From positions 32,001 through 96,000 of the forward strand of contig CBDCTZ010000014.1 of the NCBI GenBank assembly GCA_965222375.1: a stretch of DNA of 64,000 bases. Direction: 5' to 3'. Source of the DNA: Polyangiaceae bacterium. GTDB lineage: Bacteria > Myxococcota_A > Polyangia > Polyangiales > Polyangiaceae. Below, piece after piece: positions 39,550 through 49,715 of this stretch. Position 1 is the stretch's first letter, and every line of letters begins with the position of its first letter. The translations under genes and the position numbers were made by a program. A model generated the notes under the pieces. The model did no database searches. It saw nothing but the letters and a program-made list of their open reading frames with translations, and was not told the DNA's origin.

Positions 39550-40371
39550 TTGGTGACGTCCCGCCGCAAACGGCTGCTTGGTGCCCTGCTGCTGGCGATG
39601 GGGGCAGCAGGGCTGCATGCCGGCTGCGCGCGGGCTCCGCGCAGCCCCCGGGCGCCAGCACCCGGACAGGCCGCAGTCAAGCTGCTGACCTACAACGTCA
39701 ACTATGGCCTGGCGGGAGACGAAGCGACCCTAGCGGCCGTCTTCGAACCCGAAGCCGACATCGTACTGCTGCAAGAGACGACCCAGGCCTGGGAGCGGCA
39801 GATCCGCCCGGTCGCCAAGGCCTACTCCCACGTGGAGTTTCGCGAAGGGCCAGGCGCCGGCGGCATGGCGGTGCTGTCCAAGTATCCGCTCACGGAGCAG
39901 GAGTGGATCGAACCGCCAGAGGGAGGTTGGTTCCCGGCTTGGCGCATGGTGTTCAAGACGCCGATTGGACCGCTGCAGGTACTGAGCGTGCACCTGCGAC
40001 CACAGATGTCGGAAAGCGGTAGCGTTGTGAGCGGCTACCTGACCACTCCGCCGGTTCGCGAAGCGGAAATTGCGCGCTATCAAAAACGCCTGAAGGCGGA
40101 TCTGCCGACGCTGATTGCCGGAGACTTCAACGAAGGACGACGGGGCCTCGCCATTCGCTACCTCGATCGCCGCGGCTACCGCAGTGCGTTGCAAGACTTC
40201 ACTCGAGACACCGACACCTGGCGCTGGCGTTCGAGTGTGGGCTACGTTTCTGCCGAACTCGATCACGTCGTGGTGGGCGAGAAGCTGGAAGCGCTTGAGG
40301 TCCGAGTGCTTGGTTCCGGCAATTCGGACCATCTGCCCATCCTCGCCGTGGTGACCAAGAGAGCGCCCTGA
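39550..40371 (+). CDS. Endonuclease/exonuclease/phosphatase family protein
   Basis: TYNV, LLQE, AGDFN, LDHV, SDHLP. Confidence 0.92.
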   Translation: MVTSRRKRLLGALLLAMGAAGLHAGCARAPRSPRAPAPGQAAVKLLTYNVNYGLAGDEATLAAVFEPEADIVLLQETTQAWERQIRPVAKAYSHVEFREGPGAGGMAVLSKYPLTEQEWIEPPEGGWFPAWRMVFKTPIGPLQVLSVHLRPQMSESGSVVSGYLTTPPVREAEIARYQKRLKADLPTLIAGDFNEGRRGLAIRYLDRRGYRSALQDFTRDTDTWRWRSSVGYVSAELDHVVVGEKLEALEVRVLGSGNSDHLPILAVVTKRAP

Positions 40372-40377
40372 GGCCCC

Positions 40378-43173
40378 TCATTCAGGTTCGGCCTGTGTCG
40401 CCGTGCTTTCTTCAAGCAGCCCCGGGGGCGAGAGCAAGATGTAGCGGCAGTCGTCTACGGCGACCACCTCGTCGCCGGGACCGCATTGGCTCAGTCGAGT
40501 TGCCTGGTTGTCCGCATCCAGCTCGACGTCCCGGAGCTTGGCCTTTCCCCGCACCATGAACACGTGGCGCGCGCTTTCGACGGGCTGGCTGCCGCCGGCG
40601 CTGGCCTCTATGCGGTTGCCAGCCGCGAGCCAGCGCGCCCGCGCCTCCCGAGACAGAGCGCTGCACTCCGGGGCGTTGGCGACGGCGTTATCGAAACTTC
40701 GCTGCTCGACTTCGGACCACACTGCCGCGCTGAGGGCCGTGTGGGAACGCATCAGGTGCGCGAAGTCTTTCCGCCCGACTTTGCCCAAGGTCACGGGGGT
40801 CGCTGCTCGAGCCGAGGCGTTGCGGGTTTCGCCGGTGAGCAGAGCCATCTCGCCGATGATGTCACCTTTGCCCAAGACGCCGATGAGTAGTTCATCGTCG
40901 CCATGGCCGCGCAAGATGTGAACTGCGCCCCGGGCCACGACGTACAAGCTGTCGCCGGCATCGCCTTCTCGGAACAGGTAGGAGTTGCGCGTGACGACCA
41001 TTTCTTCGGTCATGTCGGCGAGATCTTGCAGTGCTGCTGCATCGAGGCCGCGAAACATGGGCGTCTGAGCTACGAGATCGGCGGTTTCGGGGATGGGGAT
41101 CCGCTGCGCGTGCCGGCCCAGCTGCTTCATGCGGGTTTCGACCTCGGCTAGCTCGGTCTCGGCGACCTGCTCGTCCAAGATCCCCTCGTGGGCCAGTTGC
41201 TTGTACCCGTCCCGTTCCAGATTCAGCTCGATGCGATGCGCCAGCCGCGTTTCGATCGCGTGAGCGACTTCGGGCAGGTGGATTCGAATGTCCTCGATCT
41301 CTTCCCGAGATGCGTTCAGATAGCCCTGGTAGGTTTCGCGGACTTGCTCTCGGAGCTCTTGGTCGCGGGTAATCAGGGTTTCCAAGGACCCGAGGACGCG
41401 CTCGGCGCCGATGCCCTCGGCGCGGGCCAGGTCATAGCGAAGCGCCAAGCCTTCGAAGCTGATTGCGCCGCGTTTGAGCAAAGCGCCCAGCCTCCCGCGC
41501 TGGTCGGCCTTGGCACTGCGTCGGGGCGGAGGCTCGAGATCGGCGCAGGCGATCTTGTCCAACTGCCGCTCCAGCTCCTTCATCAGCATGCGCACGGCCA
41601 CAGGACCCAGAGTGCCTTGACCGAAGGCCTTCCAATACGCCTGCCGCTCCAAGGACAACACGCGAATCCAGGCGTCGGCTTTGCGCTCGCCCTTGGGCGC
41701 CTTCGCGAGTTGCTCGAAGATGCCTTCGGTCTCGGACTTGGCCATGTCCAGGCGCTCGGAGACTGCACGCTTCAGAGCGTCCCAGGGCACTGCTCTGAGT
41801 TGCGCCGATTCCGAAAGCTCGTCGACGTCTGCTTGGACCTTCGCTAACACTTGGCAATTTGCGTTGGCTCTGGCGAGCTGCTCACCCAAAGGAGGCCGGT
41901 CGAAACCCAACTTGGACAGCAGCCGTCCGATCGTCGAGCCGTTGACGAGAATGGTCAGGAACACCACACCGGCGGTCACGAACAAGATCTGCCGGCGCAA
42001 TTCGGCGTCGATGTCCGTCCGCTGAGCAACGAGCAGGGCCAGCGCCAAGGACACCGCACCCCGCAAGCCGCCCCACACGATGATCGCGGAGTCTTTTCGA
42101 CTGACGCCGTCGGAGATCTTGTCCGCGATGGGTTGCGAGAGAAACACCAGCAGCGTCCGGATCGCCATGACTCCGGCGTAGGCGCCTACGACCAGGGCCA
42201 CATCGCGGAAGGTCGCCTGATCCATCTCTTTGGCGATGACGAAACCGACCAAGAAGAAGATCAGCGTGTTGGCGATGTAGCCGAGGGTTCCCCAAAACCG
42301 GTGCAAAAAGTGCTCGACCTCCGGGCTGATCTTGGTGCGCCCGCTGCTGCTCATCCACAGGCCGGACACCACGACCGCCATCACGCCGGAGACGTGCAAC
42401 AAGCCCTCGGCGATGATCATGGACAGATACGCCAAGATCAGAGTCAGCGTGATCTCCGACATCGGGTCGTTGAACAAGCGAGCGATCCAACCCGAGAGCA
42501 AGAAAGTGAGAACCGCGCCGACCAAGAGGCCTCCGCTGACGACCCAAAGGAAAGAGAGGGCGGCTTGGCCGGGGTTCACGCTGCTGGTTTGGCCCGACAG
42601 GAAAGCGAGCAAGACACCGAATACGACGATGGCGGTGCCGTCGTTGAGCAGGCTCTCGCCCTCGATCAGCACGCCCAGACGCTTGGAGACGCCGAGCTCA
42701 CGCAAGATGGCTACGACGGCCACCGGATCCGTCGCGCTTATCAAAGCCCCAAAGACCAGTGCCGCGGGCCAACCCCAGTTCCAAGAGCCGCCCGTGATCC
42801 CGATCATGAACGCCGCGGTGAGCCCCGTCGCCAAGAGCAGTGCTGGCACCGCCAACAGCACGATTGGCCCAATGCTCTTGCGGAACGTGTGTACGTCGAT
42901 GGCATAGGCGCTCTCGAAGACGAGCGCGGGCAGAAAGACGAATAAGATCAGATCCGGCGAGAGGTCGCCGCCTTGTCCGAGCAACATCAGTGGAGCCGGT
43001 GCAGCGCCGGCTTCCGTTAGGCGCTTTAGCCCCAACCCGAGCAAGAGCCCTGCGATCAACACGGCGATCGTGTGGGGGAACTTCGTCTTGGCCGAAAAAA
43101 GCCGCAAACCCGCGCCGATGGCCAGAGCGATACTGACGATGAGAACGCTGGCGAGCTCAGCTCCGTGGTGCAT
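40378..43173 (-). CDS. CPA1 Na+/H+ antiporter with long cytoplasmic tail and cNMP-binding domain
   Basis: ATDPVAV, GESLLNDG, GLRGAV; FREGDAGD...GEMALL....RNAS. Confidence 0.92.
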   Translation of the reverse strand: MHHGAELASVLIVSIALAIGAGLRLFSAKTKFPHTIAVLIAGLLLGLGLKRLTEAGAAPAPLMLLGQGGDLSPDLILFVFLPALVFESAYAIDVHTFRKSIGPIVLLAVPALLLATGLTAAFMIGITGGSWNWGWPAALVFGALISATDPVAVVAILRELGVSKRLGVLIEGESLLNDGTAIVVFGVLLAFLSGQTSSVNPGQAALSFLWVVSGGLLVGAVLTFLLSGWIARLFNDPMSEITLTLILAYLSMIIAEGLLHVSGVMAVVVSGLWMSSSGRTKISPEVEHFLHRFWGTLGYIANTLIFFLVGFVIAKEMDQATFRDVALVVGAYAGVMAIRTLLVFLSQPIADKISDGVSRKDSAIIVWGGLRGAVSLALALLVAQRTDIDAELRRQILFVTAGVVFLTILVNGSTIGRLLSKLGFDRPPLGEQLARANANCQVLAKVQADVDELSESAQLRAVPWDALKRAVSERLDMAKSETEGIFEQLAKAPKGERKADAWIRVLSLERQAYWKAFGQGTLGPVAVRMLMKELERQLDKIACADLEPPPRRSAKADQRGRLGALLKRGAISFEGLALRYDLARAEGIGAERVLGSLETLITRDQELREQVRETYQGYLNASREEIEDIRIHLPEVAHAIETRLAHRIELNLERDGYKQLAHEGILDEQVAETELAEVETRMKQLGRHAQRIPIPETADLVAQTPMFRGLDAAALQDLADMTEEMVVTRNSYLFREGDAGDSLYVVARGAVHILRGHGDDELLIGVLGKGDIIGEMALLTGETRNASARAATPVTLGKVGRKDFAHLMRSHTALSAAVWSEVEQRSFDNAVANAPECSALSREARARWLAAGNRIEASAGGSQPVESARHVFMVRGKAKLRDVELDADNQATRLSQCGPGDEVVAVDDCRYILLSPPGLLEESTATQAEPE

Positions 43174-43359
43174 GCCCGCCCTGCTCCGTCTCGCGCTGCC
43201 GCAGGAGCGCTGTGATGTCTCCCGGCACCTGGCCCAGGCGGAAATCCGTCGCGCTTGTCTGCCGCATCTCAGCTCCCCATCGTGCTGACCGCCAGGCTAG
43301 CGCGTTTTTGCTTGAGACACTGCGATGACATGAGTCAAGGTTTTCCGAGGAGGGCCTCA

Positions 43360-44442
43360 ATGAAGACAATCGCGGTGCTGACGTCTGGTGGGGACGCCCC
43401 CGGCATGAACGCCGCCGTGCGATCCGTGGCCAAGGTGGCAGCGGCGCAAGGCTTGCGCGTGCTGGGCGTCCAAAACGGATACGACGGGCTGATGGACGGG
43501 AAGTTCCGTGAGCTGACGCTGGAGCGCGGAGGAATATTGGCGTCCCATCCGGAGCTGGACCTGGTGGGTAATCACGGCGGCACCGTGTTGGGTTCGGCCC
43601 GCAGCGCGCGCTTTCGGACGCCGGAGGGGCGAGCCAAAGCGCTCGAGCACCTGGCACCGATGCACGGTCTGATCGTCATCGGCGGTAACGGTTCTCTGAC
43701 CGGCGCTCACATTCTGGCGCAAGAGACCAAGTTACCCATCATCGGGATCCCGGCGTCCATCGACAACGACGTCGGTTGCACCTCGACAGCCATTGGTGTG
43801 GACACTGCGCTCAACACGATTGTCGAAGCCTGCGACAAGATATCCGACACAGCCCGTGCCCATCATCGCGCCTTCGTGGTCGAGGTCATGGGGCGCCAAT
43901 CCGGCTATCTGGCAATGGCGGGGGGCGTTGCTGCTGGGGCGGACGCGATCCTGATTCGAGAACAGGGGCGCAACAACGATCAGATCGTCGACGCGATGGA
44001 AGGGTGCATTCGTCGCGCCTTCGAGCGTCCCGACAAGCGACGCGTCTTGATCATCAAGAGCGAGGGGGTCGAGATTCCGTGCACCAAGCTGGTGCGCGAG
44101 GTGCAGGCACGGCTGGACACGGACTTGTCCAAGGTGGACGTCCGAGCCACGGTCTTGGGGCATCTGGTGCGCGGAGGGCACCCCTCCTACCAAGATCGCA
44201 TGATCGGCGGACGTTTCGCGGTTGCGGCGCTAGGCATGATCGCTCAGGGCCAATCCGACCAAATGGTCTCCTGGCTGCCGCAACAGGTCGAAGGTGGTCA
44301 AGCGACTTCGGACCCCGCGGTGTTCAGCTTCCCTTTGGATGCGGTGCTTCGGGAAACCGAGGCGCTTCTCGATGGCACCAGCTTGGTCACTCAGTGGCGT
44401 GTGAAGATGTTGGACGCCCTCGAAGGCGCTCTAGCCCTGTGA
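43360..44442 (+). CDS. pfkA: 6-phosphofructokinase
   Basis: TSGGDAPGMNA, GGNGS, SIDND, EVMGR, LGHLVRGG; GAGGAGG RBS. Confidence 0.93.
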   Translation: MKTIAVLTSGGDAPGMNAAVRSVAKVAAAQGLRVLGVQNGYDGLMDGKFRELTLERGGILASHPELDLVGNHGGTVLGSARSARFRTPEGRAKALEHLAPMHGLIVIGGNGSLTGAHILAQETKLPIIGIPASIDNDVGCTSTAIGVDTALNTIVEACDKISDTARAHHRAFVVEVMGRQSGYLAMAGGVAAGADAILIREQGRNNDQIVDAMEGCIRRAFERPDKRRVLIIKSEGVEIPCTKLVREVQARLDTDLSKVDVRATVLGHLVRGGHPSYQDRMIGGRFAVAALGMIAQGQSDQMVSWLPQQVEGGQATSDPAVFSFPLDAVLRETEALLDGTSLVTQWRVKMLDALEGALAL

Positions 44443-45900
44443 TGCCGGCTCGCCCAAGTCCACGACGCTGACCTCCAACCCCAGCTCCTTGCCGGCGGCC
44501 TGAGCGAAGCGCGTGCGGCGGGCGTCCGTGGTTCCAAGAAGGCGCACGGCTTCGACCACGTGTCGGTAGGACTGCAGCATTTGATGCGTCAGCTGGTAGG
44601 AACCCAAGCGCTGGACCCCCAACACGACTCGAACCCGATGCTGGGGCTCCCAGCCAGCCTGGCGCGCTCCAAAGCTCTGCAATTCGGCCAGGGTTCCCTC
44701 GTCCTGCAGCGCGGCGCGAGTGTCCATCCACAGCGCTAGATCCGTAAACCCGGTTTCTGCCGCACGTTGGAGCTCTCCGCTCTTCAGCCCGTGGGTCAGC
44801 AGCCATTTGGTCGGCGCGTCTGAGCTTTTGGCTTCAACGGCCAGCGCCGCGTCCAACCCCTGCTCGGCGTACGCCACGAGCTGCCCCGGGCTCGTCCAGT
44901 CCTGTCGGCGCCAAGGTTCGACGCGAGCTAGGGGTGGGGCGAGCCCAGAGCCTTTACGCACGTCCCAATAGCTCAGCCACGCACCGCCACAACGTGTGCG
45001 TAGTGCGCAGCCCCGGCAAGGAGCGCCGTGTTGCTTGTTGCCGCGGTTGTCGATGCCTCGGGAGATCGTTGGCGCGCCAGCGTCCCAGAGTGCGGATGCT
45101 TCCGACGCCTCCACGGAGGTGGAGGCGTCGTCGTCCCAACCGACGCAGAGAGGCAAACCGCAATAGGGGTTTAGCAACATGATGCCGTGGCGGCGTGCGC
45201 ACTGTCGGGCGCGTCGTACTTCCGGAGTTAGCACCGCGTAGTCGGGGAGGAGCTCCAAGTTCTTGCCAGCGCGGCCATGGGGCTGCACCGCGGATAGAGA
45301 AATACAGCGCACCTCGGGCAACCGCGCTGCGACGAAGTCGACGAACTGGCTCACGCGAGTTTGGGTTTGGTGAGCAATGACGGGGTTGAGGGTCACGGAG
45401 ATCTTCGCTTCCAGCAAAGCGTCGATGCCTGCGAGGCACTTGTCGAAGGCGCCCTCGAGCCCCGCGAGGAAGTCGTGGCTTTCTGCGTCGTCCGCGAGCA
45501 ATGAAACGAACGCCGAAGTCGCCCCCGCCTCGGCCAGCGCCCGTGCGTAGTCCTCGGTGATCAGCACGGCATTGGTCTGGATTTCCACGAACGGTACGCC
45601 GCCCGCTCGCGCGCGCCGGACGACCTGTAGCAGCCGATCTCGGTACAATGTGGGCTCACCGCCGGATATGGTGAGAGTCTGTTCGCCGGTCGCAATGAAC
45701 GCGTCGACTTCATTCAGGACGCTCTCGAATTCCGGCGTGGGCTTGGCGTAGTCTTCAACGGGCACGTTGCAGAAGGGGCAACGCTCGTTGCAGGCCATGG
45801 TGAGCCGCAGCAGTCCCTTGGTCTCGTGGGTTGACTCGCCAACCGCGCCCGGCTGCATCACCTTGAGCCGCACCCGCTCAGTTTCCTCGCGACCTTCCAT
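44431..45900 (-). CDS. Radical SAM protein with SPASM-like Cys motif and C-terminal extension
   Basis: CNERCPFC, SGGEPT, QTNA, CGLPLC, CRGCALRTRCGG. Confidence 0.88.
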   Translation of the reverse strand: MEGREETERVRLKVMQPGAVGESTHETKGLLRLTMACNERCPFCNVPVEDYAKPTPEFESVLNEVDAFIATGEQTLTISGGEPTLYRDRLLQVVRRARAGGVPFVEIQTNAVLITEDYARALAEAGATSAFVSLLADDAESHDFLAGLEGAFDKCLAGIDALLEAKISVTLNPVIAHQTQTRVSQFVDFVAARLPEVRCISLSAVQPHGRAGKNLELLPDYAVLTPEVRRARQCARRHGIMLLNPYCGLPLCVGWDDDASTSVEASEASALWDAGAPTISRGIDNRGNKQHGAPCRGCALRTRCGGAWLSYWDVRKGSGLAPPLARVEPWRRQDWTSPGQLVAYAEQGLDAALAVEAKSSDAPTKWLLTHGLKSGELQRAAETGFTDLALWMDTRAALQDEGTLAELQSFGARQAGWEPQHRVRVVLGVQRLGSYQLTHQMLQSYRHVVEAVRLLGTTDARRTRFAQAAGKELGLEVSVVDLGEPASQG

Positions 45901-46298
45901 CTAGCGAACCACTCGCCCATGATGACCGTCGGCCACGTGTCGGTCCAGCCTCGGGGAGTGTGTCATTCGCGCATAGCGTCTACGGCGGAGACCGAGGACG
46001 CCCGCAAGGCGGGGAAGAAGCCGCCCAGGACGCCATGAGCGCGCCCGCAAACATCTTCACCCGGCCCGCGACGACGGGCCCCACGTCACTCGTTACCTGG
46101 GCGATCACGTAGCCCCTGCTGGTGAGGGTCAGCGAAGCTTGCGCCCAGCGTCATGATTTCCCTGACCTGCACTTCGGGCTTGAACAGCCGCGCCTCGAGC
46201 ATCCTCGGTCAACGGGTCAAGCCGGCTGCGTTTTGGGCAAATCTTGCGCGCCTATCCAGTGCCTCAACTGTCGCGCGAATCGTCCGTTCATTGTCGAT

Positions 46299-46679
46299 AT
46301 GGACGCCTTGCAAAGTGAAGGGCCGGATCGTCGACGTCACCCTCGCGCGCCTCTAGGTGCCGCCGCAGACATCATCGATGAAGTCGGCGAGTGCGCACCC
46401 GCTTCCGTGCGGGACATTTCCATGGGCGGTGCATGCTTGCTCAGCGAGCGTCCCTTGCCGGTTGGATCGACGCTGGACATCAAAGTCACATCTGGACGCT
46501 TGCGCGGTGTGCGACTTCGCGCTCGGGTTGTTCAGGCTCAGCCAGAGGGCGGACAGGTCGGGGTGCGCTTTTCAGATGCACCCTCGCGCATCGAATCGAT
46601 GATTCAAGAAACGGTGCTTGCGGAACTCGGGAAGCTGGCTCAACTCGGTGCGCTGGCTGCAGCCGTCACTTGCGCGTAG
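46299..46679 (+). CDS. PilZ-domain protein
   Basis: DRRRHPR, DISMGGA, GVRF. Confidence 0.85.
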   Translation: MDALQSEGPDRRRHPRAPLGAAADIIDEVGECAPASVRDISMGGACLLSERPLPVGSTLDIKVTSGRLRGVRLRARVVQAQPEGGQVGVRFSDAPSRIESMIQETVLAELGKLAQLGALAAAVTCA

Positions 46680-46710
46680 GCCGCTCAGACAGCGCGCCAA
46701 GCATGAGTCG

Positions 46711-47313
46711 TCACAGTTTCGAGTTGGGGCCCGGATTGCCCTCGAGCTGCGATCGATCCCAGCTGACGCCGTAGATGCACAGCTCGCTGCTCTTTGCCTG
46801 ACACGAGAGTTCTCGCACGCGCAGCCCGGCAATGCCGGCCATCGAGCCGGCGCGTTCGAAAAAGCTTATCGCCGTCAGACAATTCGTGCGCGTGGCGTGT
46901 CCGCGAAAGTCGTGGTGCAACTCGGTTCCGGTCTCCGTCGTCTCTTCGACCCACGCCTTGCCGTAGTCGTATAGCGAAGGGTACAGGGAAAGCAGCTTCT
47001 CGAAGAACGAGGCAGGGCTTCTGTCATCGGCGAAGAAGCTCTTGTAGGTCGAAGGCAAGTTCTGTTCAGCGGAGAACGCTCCGAGCTGATCGCAAGCTGC
47101 GATGTGATCGTCCCCGAGTTCCTCCACGATGGATTCTTCCAAGGCAGCGACAGCGTCCGAGGGATACCAGGCGCTCGCCAACACGTTCATGGACCAATGG
47201 CTGCTGTGCTCATCGCTCATGCGTTGCAGCACCCGCTCCCAGCCTTCGTCTCCAAATCCGCGCAGCACGAATTCGCGCCGAGTGCGCACGGTAGAGCCCT
47301 TCACGGATGCCAT
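46711..47313 (-). CDS. Myxobacterial DUF2378/TIGR02265-like (V4R-related) protein
   Basis: VKG, LASAWYP, C...C.Y...W tail. Confidence 0.7.
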   Translation of the reverse strand: MASVKGSTVRTRREFVLRGFGDEGWERVLQRMSDEHSSHWSMNVLASAWYPSDAVAALEESIVEELGDDHIAACDQLGAFSAEQNLPSTYKSFFADDRSPASFFEKLLSLYPSLYDYGKAWVEETTETGTELHHDFRGHATRTNCLTAISFFERAGSMAGIAGLRVRELSCQAKSSELCIYGVSWDRSQLEGNPGPNSKL

Positions 47314-47425
47314 TGCGTGGTGCGACGATCGCACCGAACGGGCGTGGCTGCCAACTTGGGGCGGACAAACCACCGCCCCAAGCCGCTGTTGCTGCGTCCT
47401 GGGGCTCCGTCGAGGGGCGAGAGGC

Positions 47426-49531
47426 TCAGCTACCGCAGGCTGCGGCCCGTCCGGGGCAGCAGTCGTTGTTGGTGACGCAGTACGAGTCGCAATAGCAGGA
47501 GGGATTCGAACCCGGTAGAGGACTCGAGCTGCTGCAGTCGGAGGCCGTGCAGCTCGGCTGGCTGCCGCCGCCCGTGTTGCCCGTGCCGCCGGTATTGCCA
47601 CCGCCGCTGGTTCCACCGGCTCCGCCACCACCGGTTCCAGCCGTGCCGCCGGTGCTACCACCGCCGGTTCCAGCCGTGCCACCGGTGCCACCACCGCCGG
47701 TTCCAGCCGTGCCACCGGTGCCACCACCGCCGGTTCCAGCCATGCCGCCGGTGCCGCCCGTTCCGCCACTGCCGCCCTGGTTCAAGTCGCAATAAGCGGT
47801 CCAGTCATGGGCTTTTTCGGTGTCGTTTTGCACGTCCCGCTGTGAGCAGGGTTCGTCTTCGCTCCAGTCGACCCAGTCGTTGGCCTGGCCCACGGAAGCC
47901 GCATAGTCCTTGAAGACCTGATAGCCACCGTCTTTGTTCATGAACACGGCCGGAGCTACGCACTGGTTCGCCTGCAAGCTCTGGTTGTAGTCCATGATCA
48001 GCTGGTACATGCCGTTGGTCGTCGAGTTCCAGCAGCAGGTCTTGCTGTCGTCGTACTCCAGCTCGGCGAAGACATAGTCCGCGAGGGTGCGGTAGGTCTT
48101 GTCGGTCTCGGCCTTGCTGATGCTGAACTTGGACTGTTGCAGCGCGTAGAGCTCCCGCCAGGCGTCCTCACGCTTGGTGCGCGCCGAGCACGAAGCTGGG
48201 TACTGCTCCAGGTGCTTGCGGGCATCCTTGATGATGTCGACCAGGGCGTCGCGCAGTTGCTCCCGGGGAACTTCGCCCAGTAGGGTCTCGAACTTCGCGG
48301 GGCGCTCCCGGATGGCGTCGTAGTCGCTGCTGTTCACCCAGTTCGCCTCGTCGGCGTTCATCCAGGTGTTGGTCCACTTGTTGTTCCAATTCTTGGCCAC
48401 ACGCCAGCGCTTGATGCCGCCGCCCAGAGTTGCGTACTCCTTGCCGTCGCTGCTCGTGCCCACGCCACCGGTGCGGTTGTCCGTGAAGGTGTGCTTGGAG
48501 GAAACCGAGCTTTCCCACTTGGGTTGACGACGGGGCATGGAGCCGCTGACGAGCTGCGCGTCGAGGCGCCCGCCTGCGATGGGAGTGACGCTCTTGACCA
48601 CGAGCACGTGGCCGATTCCTTGAGCCTGCCAGCGCTTGACCAGGACGTCGCCCTCGTCCAGCGCCTCCGGCTTCAAGTTGTAGGTGTTGCGGGGGTTGGC
48701 CAGGTTGATGCTGCCGAAATAGGACAGCAGATGCAGCGCAAAGTGGCCCACGCGCTTGTTGAGGTGAACCTCGTCGAAGTAGGCGCCAGCCTTGGCACCT
48801 TCGAAGATGTAGTCCATCTCGTCGCCGCCGCCGTATAGACCCTTGGAGCGGAGCTTGGAGTCTTCGGGCCAGGCGCCGCCCGAATAGCTGTCGGTGTGAT
48901 CCTTGTAGTAGCTCTTGTACTTGGGCATGTTCTTGTAGCGACCGTTTGCGGTCACTGCGCCCATATGACCGAAGTACACGCGCTTGCCCTCAGAGTCCGT
49001 GGTCGTCATGTAAAAGGGCAGGTTGTACCAAGCCGCGAAGGTCAGCCGCAGGAACATGGCCACCTCGGCACACTCCAACTTGGGTGACTTGAAGGTCTTG
49101 CCCCATGGAGTCGTCATCTCAAAGGTGTCGCCTCCCCAGGAGCTCTCGGCGGGGATCTTCTTCATGGCGGCGATCCAGGCCGTGTACTTCTCGTCCCAAT
49201 TCAAGCCGCTGTTGGCCGACCAGGCCATGCCGGCTTCCTTGGCAGCCGTGGTGCTGGTGTCCTCCCACTTGTTCTTGACGGTCCAGACCGCGGTGTTGCC
49301 GCTGTCGAAGCTGGTGGACGGACCCGGCACGCCGCCGTTGTCGGCCTTGCCCCCCAAGGGGCCTTCCGAGTCCATCGGAGAAACGCCGAACTCGTCGTAG
49401 TACGGATCCGAACCGCTCCCGGAGTCGCTGCTATCCGAGCTACAGCCCACCGCGCTCAGGGTCACGGATGCCAGTCCAACGACGGTGAATTTTGCGACTC
49501 GCGTCGCGCTCCAAGTCCAAGCGTTCGTCAT
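47426..49531 (-). CDS. Large secreted lipoprotein with C-terminal somatomedin-B-like module
   Basis: Lipobox AVGC, GKAD motif, ECAE and GHV motifs, GTGGTAGTGGG repeats, CYCDSYCVTNNDCC. Confidence 0.8.
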   Translation of the reverse strand: MTNAWTWSATRVAKFTVVGLASVTLSAVGCSSDSSDSGSGSDPYYDEFGVSPMDSEGPLGGKADNGGVPGPSTSFDSGNTAVWTVKNKWEDTSTTAAKEAGMAWSANSGLNWDEKYTAWIAAMKKIPAESSWGGDTFEMTTPWGKTFKSPKLECAEVAMFLRLTFAAWYNLPFYMTTTDSEGKRVYFGHMGAVTANGRYKNMPKYKSYYKDHTDSYSGGAWPEDSKLRSKGLYGGGDEMDYIFEGAKAGAYFDEVHLNKRVGHFALHLLSYFGSINLANPRNTYNLKPEALDEGDVLVKRWQAQGIGHVLVVKSVTPIAGGRLDAQLVSGSMPRRQPKWESSVSSKHTFTDNRTGGVGTSSDGKEYATLGGGIKRWRVAKNWNNKWTNTWMNADEANWVNSSDYDAIRERPAKFETLLGEVPREQLRDALVDIIKDARKHLEQYPASCSARTKREDAWRELYALQQSKFSISKAETDKTYRTLADYVFAELEYDDSKTCCWNSTTNGMYQLIMDYNQSLQANQCVAPAVFMNKDGGYQVFKDYAASVGQANDWVDWSEDEPCSQRDVQNDTEKAHDWTAYCDLNQGGSGGTGGTGGMAGTGGGGTGGTAGTGGGGTGGTAGTGGGSTGGTAGTGGGGAGGTSGGGNTGGTGNTGGGSQPSCTASDCSSSSPLPGSNPSCYCDSYCVTNNDCCPGRAAACGS

Positions 49532-49715
49532 GGTCTTTCCATTTTGCACGGGATCACCTCCGATGCTCAATGCGCGCCGTTTAGCGCCTTTGCGGCGTGG
49601 TGGCCCCATATTTTCCAGTGACCAACTTCGGCCTGCTGGCCGGTACGCTCAAGTGCCAGGAACTAAACGACTATCAGCGCTGATTCTGGCTCCCGACGAG
49701 TGCTAGAATCCCAGC

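Noticed and set aside
47620..47770. Tandem repeats inside CDSs (also ~2825-2945, ~3520-3625)
   Set aside because: They encode ordinary Gly-rich lipoprotein linkers
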